Shown here: positions 19,209 to 29,074 of the stretch, piece by piece
Layout of the letters: every line of letters starts with the position of its first letter
How positions within the stretch are numbered: the stretch's first letter is position 1
Origin: a virus
UHGV virus genome: UHGV-1366640
DNA length: 64,000 nt
Reading direction: 5' to 3' (one strand)
The notes under the pieces: model-generated
Told to the model about the DNA's origin: nothing
Seen by the model: only the letters and a program-made list of their open reading frames with translations
Database searches by the model: none
Made by a program: the position numbers and the translations under genes

Positions 19209-20870
19209 ATGTCGTTTTATAATGACCCTATGAAGAGAACATTGAATCGTATCAATGAGTCGATCATGGAAATGCCGACGGAAATCGAACCAACGATTGG
19301 TGTCGATACTCCTGCAGAAATCAAACAGTGCCCTTCTTGCAAATGCACATATAAAGGTGCGCCCGTTGCATGCCCTGTTTGTGGTATGGAGTTCTCCCTC
19401 AAGGAGTCTCGTCGTCTTAAGAAAAGATCTCGTAGATTTGAAGCAGATGGAGATATGAAAGATCCCTATAATCAGGAAACTGCTATCATGGATGATGATG
19501 TAACAATTGATCCTGATGCAACTGATATCATTCTTAATGAAGAAGATGAAGATCTTCCAGCTGATATTGAAGTCAAGGTTGAAGAAGCACTTGATTGTCT
19601 CTCTGATGGAGAAACAAAGAAGTTCAATGAGTCTTTTGGTAAATTTTCTAAGCTTACTCGCAATGGCAGACTCAACCTCGTTCTTGAATCCAAGAGAACT
19701 GGAAGAATGTATTCTGTTGTAAGAAGAATCAATTCCGTACAGAAGGCAAACTTCAAACTCAGTGAATCTGCAAGAATGTCCACTCCTACTGCTCGCAGAA
19801 AGGCTCTTTCGAAGAGACTTGAAGCTGTAAGAACTGCTCGTATGAAGGCAATCACTCTTAACGAAATGAGAGCCATCAAAGTTGCAGCTCTTCGTCTCAT
19901 GGAGAGACAGGGAGTTCATTTCAACTTTAAGAAGATGAACGAAGCAATTGATCAGGAGATTGCAAATAGAGCAGACGATGTTAAACTCAAAATCGAGGAA
20001 GCTGAAGCAGATCAGGAGATCGGTGCAGCTACTATTGCAGATGCTACTCCTGAGGAAATTGGTGCAGTTGTAACAACTGCTCTTAATGATGTCGGTCTTC
20101 AGACTGTAACAAATACAGTTGAATCTGGTGAAACCGAAGATTCAGCGACTGTTCAGGTTCGTGTTCAGGATGATCCCGCTATTGAAGTTCCTCTCGAGAA
20201 TGTTGCAGATACAGTGGCTGACATAGTTGATGCTCCTGTAGCTATTGTTGGTCCAAGCAAACCTGAAGGTGATTCCACTCTTGCAGATCTCACAGTCCTC
20301 ATTAATCCTGAAGATGTTGAAGATGCAAAAGAAACGGCTGTTGCTCTCAGTGAATCTCTCAGAAAGAAAGTTCGTAAATCTCGTCGTAGATTTGAGTGTG
20401 ATACAACTTCTCTTGATACAGACAAGAAAATCCTTGATGAGGATGAAGTTGAAGATGAAGAGAAGGAAGAAATCAAACTTGATATTCCGAAACTCTCTGA
20501 GCGTCGTCGCACCAATGAGAGAAGAAAACTTCGCAAGGAATCTGTTGATATAGACATCAAAGACAGAGAACTTGATGAAGATGATGAGACCATCGAAGTT
20601 GAAGATAAGGAAATCGTTGATGAATCTGTGAAGGTTGGTAAGGGTGACTATTATGCACTTGTTATCATCTCTTCGAAAGAAACAACTGATCCTAAATTCA
20701 TCGGAAATGATGGTAATCTTGTAAGTGGCTCTGAGGAGAAATCTGAAGAAAGAATTCATCTCTTCCCGACAGCTGACTCTGCAAGAGGATATGCAGACAT
20801 TAATGGTATCACAGATGTTGATGCTGTAAGTGTTGTTATCGAAGGTGAAGGCTCTGTTGAACTGGATTAA
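19209..20870 (+). CDS. acidic protein with N-terminal zinc ribbon (internal/ejected protein candidate)
   Basis: CPSCKC...CPVCG ribbon. Repeated basic motif LKKRSRRFEAD / VRKSRRRFECD. Long Glu/Asp-rich tracts. Confidence 0.4.
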   Translation: MSFYNDPMKRTLNRINESIMEMPTEIEPTIGVDTPAEIKQCPSCKCTYKGAPVACPVCGMEFSLKESRRLKKRSRRFEADGDMKDPYNQETAIMDDDVTIDPDATDIILNEEDEDLPADIEVKVEEALDCLSDGETKKFNESFGKFSKLTRNGRLNLVLESKRTGRMYSVVRRINSVQKANFKLSESARMSTPTARRKALSKRLEAVRTARMKAITLNEMRAIKVAALRLMERQGVHFNFKKMNEAIDQEIANRADDVKLKIEEAEADQEIGAATIADATPEEIGAVVTTALNDVGLQTVTNTVESGETEDSATVQVRVQDDPAIEVPLENVADTVADIVDAPVAIVGPSKPEGDSTLADLTVLINPEDVEDAKETAVALSESLRKKVRKSRRRFECDTTSLDTDKKILDEDEVEDEEKEEIKLDIPKLSERRRTNERRKLRKESVDIDIKDRELDEDDETIEVEDKEIVDESVKVGKGDYYALVIISSKETTDPKFIGNDGNLVSGSEEKSEERIHLFPTADSARGYADINGITDVDAVSVVIEGEGSVELD

Positions 20871-20923
20871 AAATGATGCTTAAATTTTATCATATCATGA
20901 ATCTAAAGAGAGGAGAGATGTAA

Positions 20924-21934
20924 ATGTTATACAAAGATCCGCTGAGTAGATTGGTAAGATCTCTCAATGAGTCTGCTGGTTATAATCCCGGAAATTTGCT
21001 TATTGGTCAAACAGTGAATGTTAAAATCACTGATCTTGCTGGCAAAGAATTCTATCGTGATTTCACAGTTGAACTCATTTACGGAGATGGATCAGTCATA
21101 CTCAGAGATGTTAAGAGTGATGCAATTCATCAATTGACTTATGAAAACACTGGCAATTATCTTCATTATTTTGCAGAAGAAGCTGGTGTGAAATATGAGT
21201 TGTTGATTGATCGTGATCTTGAGTCTAACTCTTCAGTAAAGCTTCCTCTTAAAGAATCTGTTAGACGAAGACAGTCTCTTAGAGAATCTTCTGATGCTTC
21301 TTTTGTCATTGATGATCCTGACAAGTTTGTTATGTGGTTGCGTGATGTGTCAAAGAATAAAAGGTTGACAGAAGATGCAGATGATCTTCTTGCATATCTC
21401 AGAAAGCAAAAGTACATGCCTGAAGAGGAAGAGGAAGGAATCACAGAGATTCCAAGATCCATGAGTACCTCTACGATGTCAGAGCTCGGAAAGAAATTTT
21501 TTACAAAGAGCCCATTCGCCACAGGAATTCTTCTTGGTGAGTTAATTGACAGAGTTCTTCTTAAGGGTAAGGGAAAAGATATTGGTATTTCCCGTTCTCG
21601 CAGATCTGAGAGTAGAAGGTCTTACCGTAGAATGAATGAAGCTGCTAATTTAAGAACTCCTACAAGTGACGAAAAGAGAATTTATGACTTGAATGGAACT
21701 GATAAGGTTGCTGTTGGTTCAAGCAGATGGCTTGTTGTCATTAGTCATGTGTTCATGGATGGTCCTGGAATAGAAGTTTATGATGGAGATGGAAAAGCAG
21801 TTGCTGCCTTTTCATATTTTGATTCTTTCAAAGATGCTGAGAAATTTGCTCAATCAAAACTTCTCCCAGCGATTGATAGCAGTAAGCCAGAGTCAAAGAT
21901 AAAATCTCTTGTTTCTGGAGAACATGGACTGTAA
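20924..21934 (+). CDS. hypothetical protein
   Basis: 336 aa with an Arg/Ser-rich patch (SRSRRSESRRSYRR). Confidence 0.4.
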   Translation: MLYKDPLSRLVRSLNESAGYNPGNLLIGQTVNVKITDLAGKEFYRDFTVELIYGDGSVILRDVKSDAIHQLTYENTGNYLHYFAEEAGVKYELLIDRDLESNSSVKLPLKESVRRRQSLRESSDASFVIDDPDKFVMWLRDVSKNKRLTEDADDLLAYLRKQKYMPEEEEEGITEIPRSMSTSTMSELGKKFFTKSPFATGILLGELIDRVLLKGKGKDIGISRSRRSESRRSYRRMNEAANLRTPTSDEKRIYDLNGTDKVAVGSSRWLVVISHVFMDGPGIEVYDGDGKAVAAFSYFDSFKDAEKFAQSKLLPAIDSSKPESKIKSLVSGEHGL

Positions 21935-21957
21935 TAATTAAGATTGGAGAACTTGCA

Positions 21958-22539
21958 ATGATTATTCTTAATGAAGTTAGGAGTTCAACGATAGTCAAAA
22001 GATCAAAAGAAAAAACTCCATTGAGCAGATACTCTCGTCGTTTGACTGTCGGAGATGTATCAATTGATCGTATTGGTGTTGCTGAAATTCTTAACTTCGG
22101 TCAAAAAGATTTGACCCTCTATTTTGAAGTTCATGGTCATCAAGTCTCTCTTCGACTTCTTAACTTTCTTTCAAGGCTTCGTTCTCTGTATAAGAGCCAG
22201 TACTCAAAAATTGCTTCTGAAGGTGGTGCTGGAAGATCATCAACTTTTAGAAAGTTGGCTGGTCTTGTACTTGACTCACTTTTGAAGAATGGTGATATTG
22301 AGGTTGATTGTGATTGTGGTGATTGGGAGTACCGATTTGCCTATGTAGCAACTATGAGGGGATATAAAATGGGTACTCCACAAGACATTCCTGCAGAAAT
22401 CCGTAATCCAAGAAATCAAGGTGGTGCTTGTAAACATATTTTAAGAGTACTGACATCTCCGTCTTCTTGGAAAGAGAAAGCTCTCACTGGGATAGTTTCA
22501 ATCATTAGATCTAATCCTCATAAAATCCTTGATCAGTAA
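21958..22539 (+). CDS. SWIM zinc-finger protein
   Basis: C-x-C-xn-C-x-H pattern: DCDCGDWEYRF ... GACKHILRVL. Confidence 0.4.
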   Translation: MIILNEVRSSTIVKRSKEKTPLSRYSRRLTVGDVSIDRIGVAEILNFGQKDLTLYFEVHGHQVSLRLLNFLSRLRSLYKSQYSKIASEGGAGRSSTFRKLAGLVLDSLLKNGDIEVDCDCGDWEYRFAYVATMRGYKMGTPQDIPAEIRNPRNQGGACKHILRVLTSPSSWKEKALTGIVSIIRSNPHKILDQ

Positions 22540-22548
22540 GGAGGAATT

Positions 22549-23151
22549 TTGTTTATGAGTAGTGTTAGAAAATCCATTCTTCCTCAATTGAATGATATGG
22601 TTACTCAGTCAATTCTTTTAGAGGAAAGTTATGTGATGAGTGGTACTCCTGCAAGATTGGAGTTAGCAACTTTTGATATCCCTGACATTGGATATCAACA
22701 TGAGGTCTCTTATGATCCTCAACCACTTGATACATATCTTCTCATACAAGATCCTCCACAACCGAAACTTCTGAAACAACTTGGTTGGAATATTGAATCA
22801 GACGAGGGTACAACAAAACCGATGTTAGCAACAATTCCCAGATATTTTTCTGTTAAATATGACGATGGTATCAAGCCAACAGAATATTACGAATTGTTCA
22901 TCAATCGGTACACAAAAGTGACTCTTGACTATGATTATGAAAAGCCAGATAAAGTTTTTATTGTTACAGATGTTTCTTCAAACATGTTCAATCCTGTTTT
23001 CTACTTTCTCAAGCTTGCTCCATATCGTCAACAGGTTACAGTTGATCCTTCACCTGACAATGATCCAAATCTTGCTCAGCTGAATAAGAAGGGTCAATTC
23101 AAATATCTGACAATGACTCCAAGAGAGCCAACAACAGAGGTTGAATATTAG
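22549..23151 (+). CDS. hypothetical protein
   Basis: 200-aa ORF after SD AAGGAGGA. Confidence 0.4.
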   Translation: MFMSSVRKSILPQLNDMVTQSILLEESYVMSGTPARLELATFDIPDIGYQHEVSYDPQPLDTYLLIQDPPQPKLLKQLGWNIESDEGTTKPMLATIPRYFSVKYDDGIKPTEYYELFINRYTKVTLDYDYEKPDKVFIVTDVSSNMFNPVFYFLKLAPYRQQVTVDPSPDNDPNLAQLNKKGQFKYLTMTPREPTTEVEY

Positions 23152-23199
23152 AGATCAAGTAAGAAATCAAATAAACAAATAGAAAGGATGATTTGATTT

Positions 23200-24129
23200 A
23201 TGTATGGACAGTGGATAAGACCTGATAGATTTATCAACTTCCAGGAACTCAAACCCATATATCTTTCTCCTCTTAAAGCATGGGCGTACACTCTGCAGGA
23301 TGTTTTTAATGGTAAGGTTGAAAGATTCTGGGATTCTGATATTCATGGTTATATCATAGAAGCTCCAACTGCTAAGGAGATCCAGGATTACTTTACTGCA
23401 ACTGCTTGCCATAAAGCACAGTTCAAATATACTTTGGCTGCTACTGGGACACTTGCTGCAAATATAGTTGCTGGCTCTGTTCTTATGAGGACAGGAAACA
23501 GCAAATATGCATTCATTGCAGATGATGGTCATGGATCTCTCAGAGAGATTGATGGATCGGTTGTTGGTACAATCAACTATACGACTGGTGCATATACTCT
23601 GACAATTCCTGCTACTGAAATTGCTAAATTTGATGCTCCTGTAGTTGGATATTCGGTTGTTGGTACAAATGCAACATTTGAAGCTTATGCAGGAAGTGCT
23701 ACAACAACTGCTACAATTAAAGTAATTAAGACTGCACAGATCCCCTATGCTCAGGTTGGCTTCACAGGATATGTTGTTACAGCAGAAGAGTCAAACAGAT
23801 TCTTTGTTGGCTTTGAAGTGTCTGGTACAGATGCTCAGCAGAAGATTATCGACGAAATTGTTAAGAACATTGCTCCCGTTTCTGCACTTACGGTTGATCC
23901 TACAACACTGACTTTTGCGCATACGAAAGGTACAACAGGAACAGCAACGATTTCTGGTGGTGTTGCTCCATACACAGCAACAAGTTCCGACTCTGATAAA
24001 TTGACAGCATCTGTTACAGGAACAACTCTTACGCTGACAACGACAGGAACGGCAACAGCTGGTGCTTACACAGTTGATATTAAGGACACAAAGAATAAGA
24101 AAGTGACACTTAATGTAACTCTTTCGTAA
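23200..24129 (+). CDS. Ig-like (Big_2-type) domain protein, head decoration candidate
   Basis: C-terminal TVDPTTLTFAHTKGTTGTATISGGVAPYTATSSDSDKLTASVTGTTLTLT is typical of bacterial Ig-like group 2 domains. Confidence 0.45.
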   Translation: MYGQWIRPDRFINFQELKPIYLSPLKAWAYTLQDVFNGKVERFWDSDIHGYIIEAPTAKEIQDYFTATACHKAQFKYTLAATGTLAANIVAGSVLMRTGNSKYAFIADDGHGSLREIDGSVVGTINYTTGAYTLTIPATEIAKFDAPVVGYSVVGTNATFEAYAGSATTTATIKVIKTAQIPYAQVGFTGYVVTAEESNRFFVGFEVSGTDAQQKIIDEIVKNIAPVSALTVDPTTLTFAHTKGTTGTATISGGVAPYTATSSDSDKLTASVTGTTLTLTTTGTATAGAYTVDIKDTKNKKVTLNVTLS

Positions 24130-24151
24130 GAATCTTTCAAGTGAGGGATAA

Positions 24152-24751
24152 TTGATGATTAATCATATAGAAATCAGAGTTAATGCTTTAAACAATAACA
24201 AAACAGGAGATCAGTATTCATACTCTCCAAGAGGTTTCATTGAAGATGTCATCAATTATCCTTGGCTTGCAAAACTGACTGATGATGAGAAGGAGAAACT
24301 TCTTAGTGGTTTTGCACGATATATTGCGTTTATTATGAGACGAATGCTTAAAGATTCAATACGAGATCAACGATATAAAGGGTATTGGACTCCACTTGAT
24401 TCAAAGTATCTTCAATTTAAGAAGGATCATGGTCTCTCTCCGAATATTTGGGAGTCAACTGGATTTCTTCTTAATAACATCTCAGCGTATCGTCAAGGAA
24501 GTGATTATATTGTTGGATTTCGTCCGTTTGTTTGCTATCCTGGAACAAATGTGAAAGTTCTTTATGTTGCTCAATGCCTTGAGTTCGGTACAAAGCATAT
24601 GCCAGCTCGTCCATTATTTGGACCTGTTACTCGTCATATTCGTAGATATATCCGTCGATATTGGTTGCTATATCTTATGCATCCAAAGAAGTATATAGGA
24701 GATCGTTTAACAAATAAGATCTGGAGAGAGCGAGGTTATAGTTTCTTATGA
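24152..24751 (+). CDS. hypothetical neck/head-completion candidate
   Basis: 199-aa ORF between head and tail modules. Confidence 0.35.
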   Translation: MMINHIEIRVNALNNNKTGDQYSYSPRGFIEDVINYPWLAKLTDDEKEKLLSGFARYIAFIMRRMLKDSIRDQRYKGYWTPLDSKYLQFKKDHGLSPNIWESTGFLLNNISAYRQGSDYIVGFRPFVCYPGTNVKVLYVAQCLEFGTKHMPARPLFGPVTRHIRRYIRRYWLLYLMHPKKYIGDRLTNKIWRERGYSFL

Positions 24752-25350
24752 TGTATCTTTATGATAAGGCAATTGAGAATAAACTCAAAAAGTTGTTTCC
24801 CAGAGTAGTTTATGCTCCAGTAGATACTTTCTATGAAAGATATCTTGAATCAAATGGAAATCAACAAGTAGAGCTTCCTGCTCTATCATTCTTTCGTCTT
24901 CCGAATCTTGACTTTGATATTGGAAGTGCAAGATCACACATGAATACTCCATCACTTCGTAAGAGACGACTTACTGAAGGGGAGATTCGTCAAATCTATT
25001 CAATGAAGATGCCATTGGATTATCAGTTAGATATCTGGGCATCCTCGGATATAGATCGTGATGATCTTTTCACAGAGTTAATGTATGCCTTGACTCTCTA
25101 CCCTAACATTTCAATTACATACGAAGAACATCAAATTGCGTTTGCAATCGAGTTAGCAGCTTCTAACGATCTTACAGAGATTTCTCAGTTTGATTCAACT
25201 GGTGATCTTTATAGAGTGTCGATTCCGTTTAGAATTCCTGAAGCTCGCTTGTTCTTCTATAAGGATGTTAAAGAGTGTAGATTCATTTCTGCAGATCTTT
25301 TTGTTGACAATACCCTTGATTCACAAATCCAAATAAACGGTGGTGATTAA
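24748..25350 (+). CDS. hypothetical neck/tail-completion candidate
   Basis: 200-aa ORF that overlaps the upstream stop, suggesting translational coupling. Confidence 0.35.
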   Translation: MMYLYDKAIENKLKKLFPRVVYAPVDTFYERYLESNGNQQVELPALSFFRLPNLDFDIGSARSHMNTPSLRKRRLTEGEIRQIYSMKMPLDYQLDIWASSDIDRDDLFTELMYALTLYPNISITYEEHQIAFAIELAASNDLTEISQFDSTGDLYRVSIPFRIPEARLFFYKDVKECRFISADLFVDNTLDSQIQINGGD

Positions 25351-25352
25351 GC

Positions 25353-25631
25353 ATGTTGTATCTTGTAAAGTCAAATCGACAGACTTACTTGGCTGTTCAA
25401 ATCGTTGATTCTCACGGAGTTCTCCAAGATCAATATCTTGCACCAGCTGAGAAAGTCAAATCATATTCATATACAGAATCAATGAGAAAACTGAGAGATA
25501 TTCGTGCAATATCTGTTCAGGTAATCAATGATTCTCAAAAGGATGAAAAGTCAGAATCTGCAACAGTTGAAACTGGTGTTGTTTCTGATGAGATTTCTGT
25601 AACAAAGAAATCCAATAAAAGATCAAAATAA
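25353..25631 (+). CDS. hypothetical protein
   Basis: 92-aa ORF. Confidence 0.35.
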   Translation: MLYLVKSNRQTYLAVQIVDSHGVLQDQYLAPAEKVKSYSYTESMRKLRDIRAISVQVINDSQKDEKSESATVETGVVSDEISVTKKSNKRSK

Positions 25632-25653
25632 TTAATAGGAGGTTGATATTGAT

Positions 25654-27150
25654 ATGGCAAGTCCTTATGCTCGTCTTAATGAAGTGGATCAAAGCCAATA
25701 TACTCCACTTGCGAATGCTGTAACGAATCCGATTGGTATTGTTGGTGCTGCTCAGTTCGGTCCAGTCAATGTAGCAACACCTCTTACAAGCGTTCGTCAA
25801 TTTGAAGCAATATTTGGTACACCGATTGATATTGCTGGTCTTACTGCTGTTAGGGTTCTCCGAGCTGGTGGAAGTGTTCTTTATGGTAGATTTTTCACTG
25901 GTACAGAAGCAGATTCAAAGTTGACAGCAAATCTCTATACCGCAACAGAGAATACACTTGACCTTGAAGCGAATTATGCTGGTACAATTGTATCAGGTGC
26001 TGCTTCTGCTAAGATCAATATTAAGAATGTTGTTCAGGGTCTTAAGACATTCGTTCTCACTGTTGATATTTACAATGCTGCAGGAGATCTCATCAGTGCA
26101 ATAGTTCCTGCTGTGACTCTTTCGTGGGATCCCAATTCGTCAAATTATTTTGAAAAGTGGAATAATACTTATTTCAAAATGACTATGACTGGGACAGTTG
26201 ATTTTACACAGTTTACTGGTGCAACTGATAAGGATTTCACAAATTGGAGTTCTGTAACAAATGGTGTGGATTCGACTCTTAAGAACAATGCTGCTTCTGT
26301 GATCAATACATTGAACGCTTGCTTTGCTGACCCTGAAGCAAACTCGCTTTTCTATTTGTCTGCTCCTCTGTACTCCACAATTACAGAATCTGCAACAAAT
26401 GTACAGAAGACAATGATTGATATTGGAGAAACAAGAAAAGATTGTGTGGTTCAGCTTGATCATACTCCAGGTCTTACTGCTCAGGGTATTGTTGATGCAT
26501 TCCCGATTGCTACGATCAATTCAAGCAGAGTTGCTGTTTGGGGTTCTCCTCAAGGCTATGTGATAGATACATATAGTAACAATGCCAAAGTTTCTGCTCC
26601 TGCATCAGCTTATATTCTTCCTGCACTTGCAGCTGAATATTCGAATTCTCCTGTATGGACTGCTCCTGCTGGCGCTTCAAGGTTCCTGCTCACTTATCTT
26701 GATAGTCTTGATTCTCAGTGGACAGTTGCTGACCGTGATCTCTTATATGACAATGGTATCAATCCTGTTTGTAACTATAAGGGTCTCGGATATACATCTC
26801 TTGGTCAGAAGACAATGCAGTATGGAACATCTGCGCTTGATCGTTTGAATGTTCGTCAGCTTGTAAACTATATCAAGCAGAATATTGAACAGATTTCTGT
26901 CGGATATATGTTTGCTCCGATTGATGATGTGACATTTTCTAATTGGAGTTACGATGTTGCAAATTTCTTAACTCAAATAAAGACACAGCGTGGTCTTTAT
27001 GAATACACAGTTAAGATGGACTGGGAAACTGTTACTCCTCAAGATGTTGAGAATAATCGTCTTCCTGGAATTGTTCAAATTAAGCCAACGAAGGTTGCTG
27101 AATATATAGATATCGATCTTGTAATCAAGAACTATAGTGATACACTTTAA
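25654..27150 (+). CDS. tail sheath protein
   Basis: 498 aa, immediately upstream of a tube-sized gene, chaperones and the tape measure; composition typical of sheath proteins. Confidence 0.5.
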   Translation: MASPYARLNEVDQSQYTPLANAVTNPIGIVGAAQFGPVNVATPLTSVRQFEAIFGTPIDIAGLTAVRVLRAGGSVLYGRFFTGTEADSKLTANLYTATENTLDLEANYAGTIVSGAASAKINIKNVVQGLKTFVLTVDIYNAAGDLISAIVPAVTLSWDPNSSNYFEKWNNTYFKMTMTGTVDFTQFTGATDKDFTNWSSVTNGVDSTLKNNAASVINTLNACFADPEANSLFYLSAPLYSTITESATNVQKTMIDIGETRKDCVVQLDHTPGLTAQGIVDAFPIATINSSRVAVWGSPQGYVIDTYSNNAKVSAPASAYILPALAAEYSNSPVWTAPAGASRFLLTYLDSLDSQWTVADRDLLYDNGINPVCNYKGLGYTSLGQKTMQYGTSALDRLNVRQLVNYIKQNIEQISVGYMFAPIDDVTFSNWSYDVANFLTQIKTQRGLYEYTVKMDWETVTPQDVENNRLPGIVQIKPTKVAEYIDIDLVIKNYSDTL

Positions 27151-27174
27151 TCTTTGAAAGGAGGAAGATAATTT

Positions 27175-27945
27175 ATGGCAATCAAAAGAACTTATGCTCT
27201 TAATCCTATTATTGAGGGTGTTCATAAGAGTACTCTGTATCAGCCACAAATGGCAAACCATTTTGAATTGAATCTTAAATTGAATGATTACATTGTTGGC
27301 AATGAAGGTATACCAGATTCTAATGGAAAAGCATTGACACGGAAGTATATCAATCTGGCAACTACAAGTTTCAGTCTTCCGACGATCTCTACAGAAACTC
27401 TCGATATTCCATATGGTAATACAACGATCCATATTGCTGGTAGAACTCAGTTTGGTGGTGCTGATTCAATAACCTGTATTGACTATATTGGTGCGGATAT
27501 TGAAGGCATCCTTTATAACTGGCAGATGATGGTTACGAATCCAGAGACAGGTCAACAGGGTTGGGCTTATAACTACAAGACTGATGGTACTGTTATTGAA
27601 TATGCTCCAGATGGTTCTTGCTTATCTTCTTGGGTTCTCCGCGGATTGTTCCCGACATCAATTGCATATGGTGATTCTCTGTCGAAGGGTGACAGCTCTC
27701 TTAAGCAAATCACTGTTTCATTGAGCTATGACCTCGCATATAAGAAGTTTGATTCAGAAACTGGCAGAGGACAGGATGCTGCACAGAAAGCAGCTGATGT
27801 TTCTGGTAAGAATATGAAATGGAAAGAACAATATAAATATGCAAAATACTCTCCGACAAAAACAGGTACTGCAGACTATAAGTCCAATTCTGGTCCTCTC
27901 AGTCTTAATGGCGCTGACTTCTCACTCGATGATGAAAGTCTGTAA
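27175..27945 (+). CDS. tail tube protein
   Basis: 256 aa, position between sheath and chaperone genes. Confidence 0.45.
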   Translation: MAIKRTYALNPIIEGVHKSTLYQPQMANHFELNLKLNDYIVGNEGIPDSNGKALTRKYINLATTSFSLPTISTETLDIPYGNTTIHIAGRTQFGGADSITCIDYIGADIEGILYNWQMMVTNPETGQQGWAYNYKTDGTVIEYAPDGSCLSSWVLRGLFPTSIAYGDSLSKGDSSLKQITVSLSYDLAYKKFDSETGRGQDAAQKAADVSGKNMKWKEQYKYAKYSPTKTGTADYKSNSGPLSLNGADFSLDDESL

Positions 27946-27966
27946 TTAATCACAATAAAATTTGAT

Positions 27967-27987
27967 GGGAGAGGGTCACTCCTCTCC
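27967..27987 (+). terminator. hairpin GGGAGAGG-GTCACT-CCTCTCC
   Basis: 7-8 bp GC-rich stem after the tube gene; weak T-tract. Confidence 0.3.
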
Positions 27988-28061
27988 TGTCTTAATATTG
28001 AACATATTTCAAAGACACATGAAAACAAATAAATCTATAAAGATAAAAGGAGAAATGAATT

Positions 28062-28787
28062 ATGAGATTATCTGAAAAAGTAAAACTTCCCTCGAATGGT
28101 GTTCTTTATGGAAAGAATATTCCTACAGAAGTGACAGTTAAAGAAATGTTGGCAGATGAAGAAGCTTGCCTTTATGGTAGCAGCAGCGATAAGGCAATAA
28201 CCGAAATTCTTAATTCTGTTATTGAAGAAGATTTTGATGTTGATCAGCTCATTATCCCTGATAAACATTTTCTTCTTGTTAGAGCAAGAATGTTGACATA
28301 TGGTACAAATTATCCTCTTGAGATCAATTGTAGTCGTTGTGGAAATTTCCAGTATGACTTTGATCTCAATGATCTTACTGTTAATGAGCTTGATCCCGCT
28401 TTTGAAGCAGAAAGAGAGATTGAACTTCCAAGATCTAAGAGAAAGATCACTCTCAGAATTCCTACAGGTGCAGATCTTAATAATATCGAAAAAGAGATCA
28501 AGAGAAAAGTAATGAAGTTCAATCTTAATGAAGATAAGGTTCGTTATGTTGCTGGTCTCGTTTCAAGCATCTCTAAGATTGACGGAGAAGATGTATTTTT
28601 TGATGAAGCATACCAGATTGTTTCGGATCTTTCTGGTTATGATATTTCTTATCTTAAGAGAGAAATCAATAAAGTTGATGTTGGTTATGATACAATGATT
28701 ACAGTAGAATGCCCGAAATGCGGACAGGAAATCACACTGAGGTTGCCTATGACAGCAGATTTCTTTCGTGCCGAGTTCAAAGACTGA
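28062..28787 (+). CDS. tail assembly chaperone candidate with two zinc ribbons
   Basis: CSRCG and CPKCG motifs; lies between the tube and tape-measure genes, like P2 gene E. Confidence 0.4.
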   Translation: MRLSEKVKLPSNGVLYGKNIPTEVTVKEMLADEEACLYGSSSDKAITEILNSVIEEDFDVDQLIIPDKHFLLVRARMLTYGTNYPLEINCSRCGNFQYDFDLNDLTVNELDPAFEAEREIELPRSKRKITLRIPTGADLNNIEKEIKRKVMKFNLNEDKVRYVAGLVSSISKIDGEDVFFDEAYQIVSDLSGYDISYLKREINKVDVGYDTMITVECPKCGQEITLRLPMTADFFRAEFKD

Positions 28788-29067
28788 GCAGGGTATTGAA
28801 TATAGATCAGCCAGATTACGACAGATTAAGATGAAACAATTTGACCTTGTATACTATGGTCATTTCTCTTGGTCTGATACAATACGAATGTCATCTTCTG
28901 AGCTAAACTGGAATCATACTCGACTCTTGGAAGTTAAGAATGAGGAAAGGGAAGCTCAGGAGAAAGCATTCAATGAAGCTCAGTCACAGAGAGAAGCAGC
29001 TTCTGTTCAAAACAAAATTAAGAATCAGTTGAATTCACATCGAAGTCACTCTCGACGAAGGAGGTAG
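28768..29067 (+). CDS. possible +1 frameshift extension (E+E'-like) or small separate gene
   Basis: Overlaps the 3' end of 28062-28787 in the +1 frame directly upstream of the tape measure. Confidence 0.25.
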   Translation: MPSSKTEQGIEYRSARLRQIKMKQFDLVYYGHFSWSDTIRMSSSELNWNHTRLLEVKNEEREAQEKAFNEAQSQREAASVQNKIKNQLNSHRSHSRRRR

Positions 29068-29074
29068 ATAGAAG

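Noticed and set aside
19188-19919. Long minus-strand ORFs (19188-19919, 19472-19900, 20142-20759, 20165-20593) opposite the acidic-protein gene
   Set aside because: They lie entirely within a + strand gene, have low-complexity Ser-rich or Phe/Ile-rich translations, and have no SD. They are shadow ORFs of the repetitive GAA/GAT-rich coding strand.
23167-23532. Cys-rich minus-strand ORF (CNEC...CPHK...CSKCPSS) that could pass for a zinc-finger protein
   Set aside because: It completely overlaps the well-supported + strand Big_2 protein gene, has no start context, and the strand bias of this genome is absolute.
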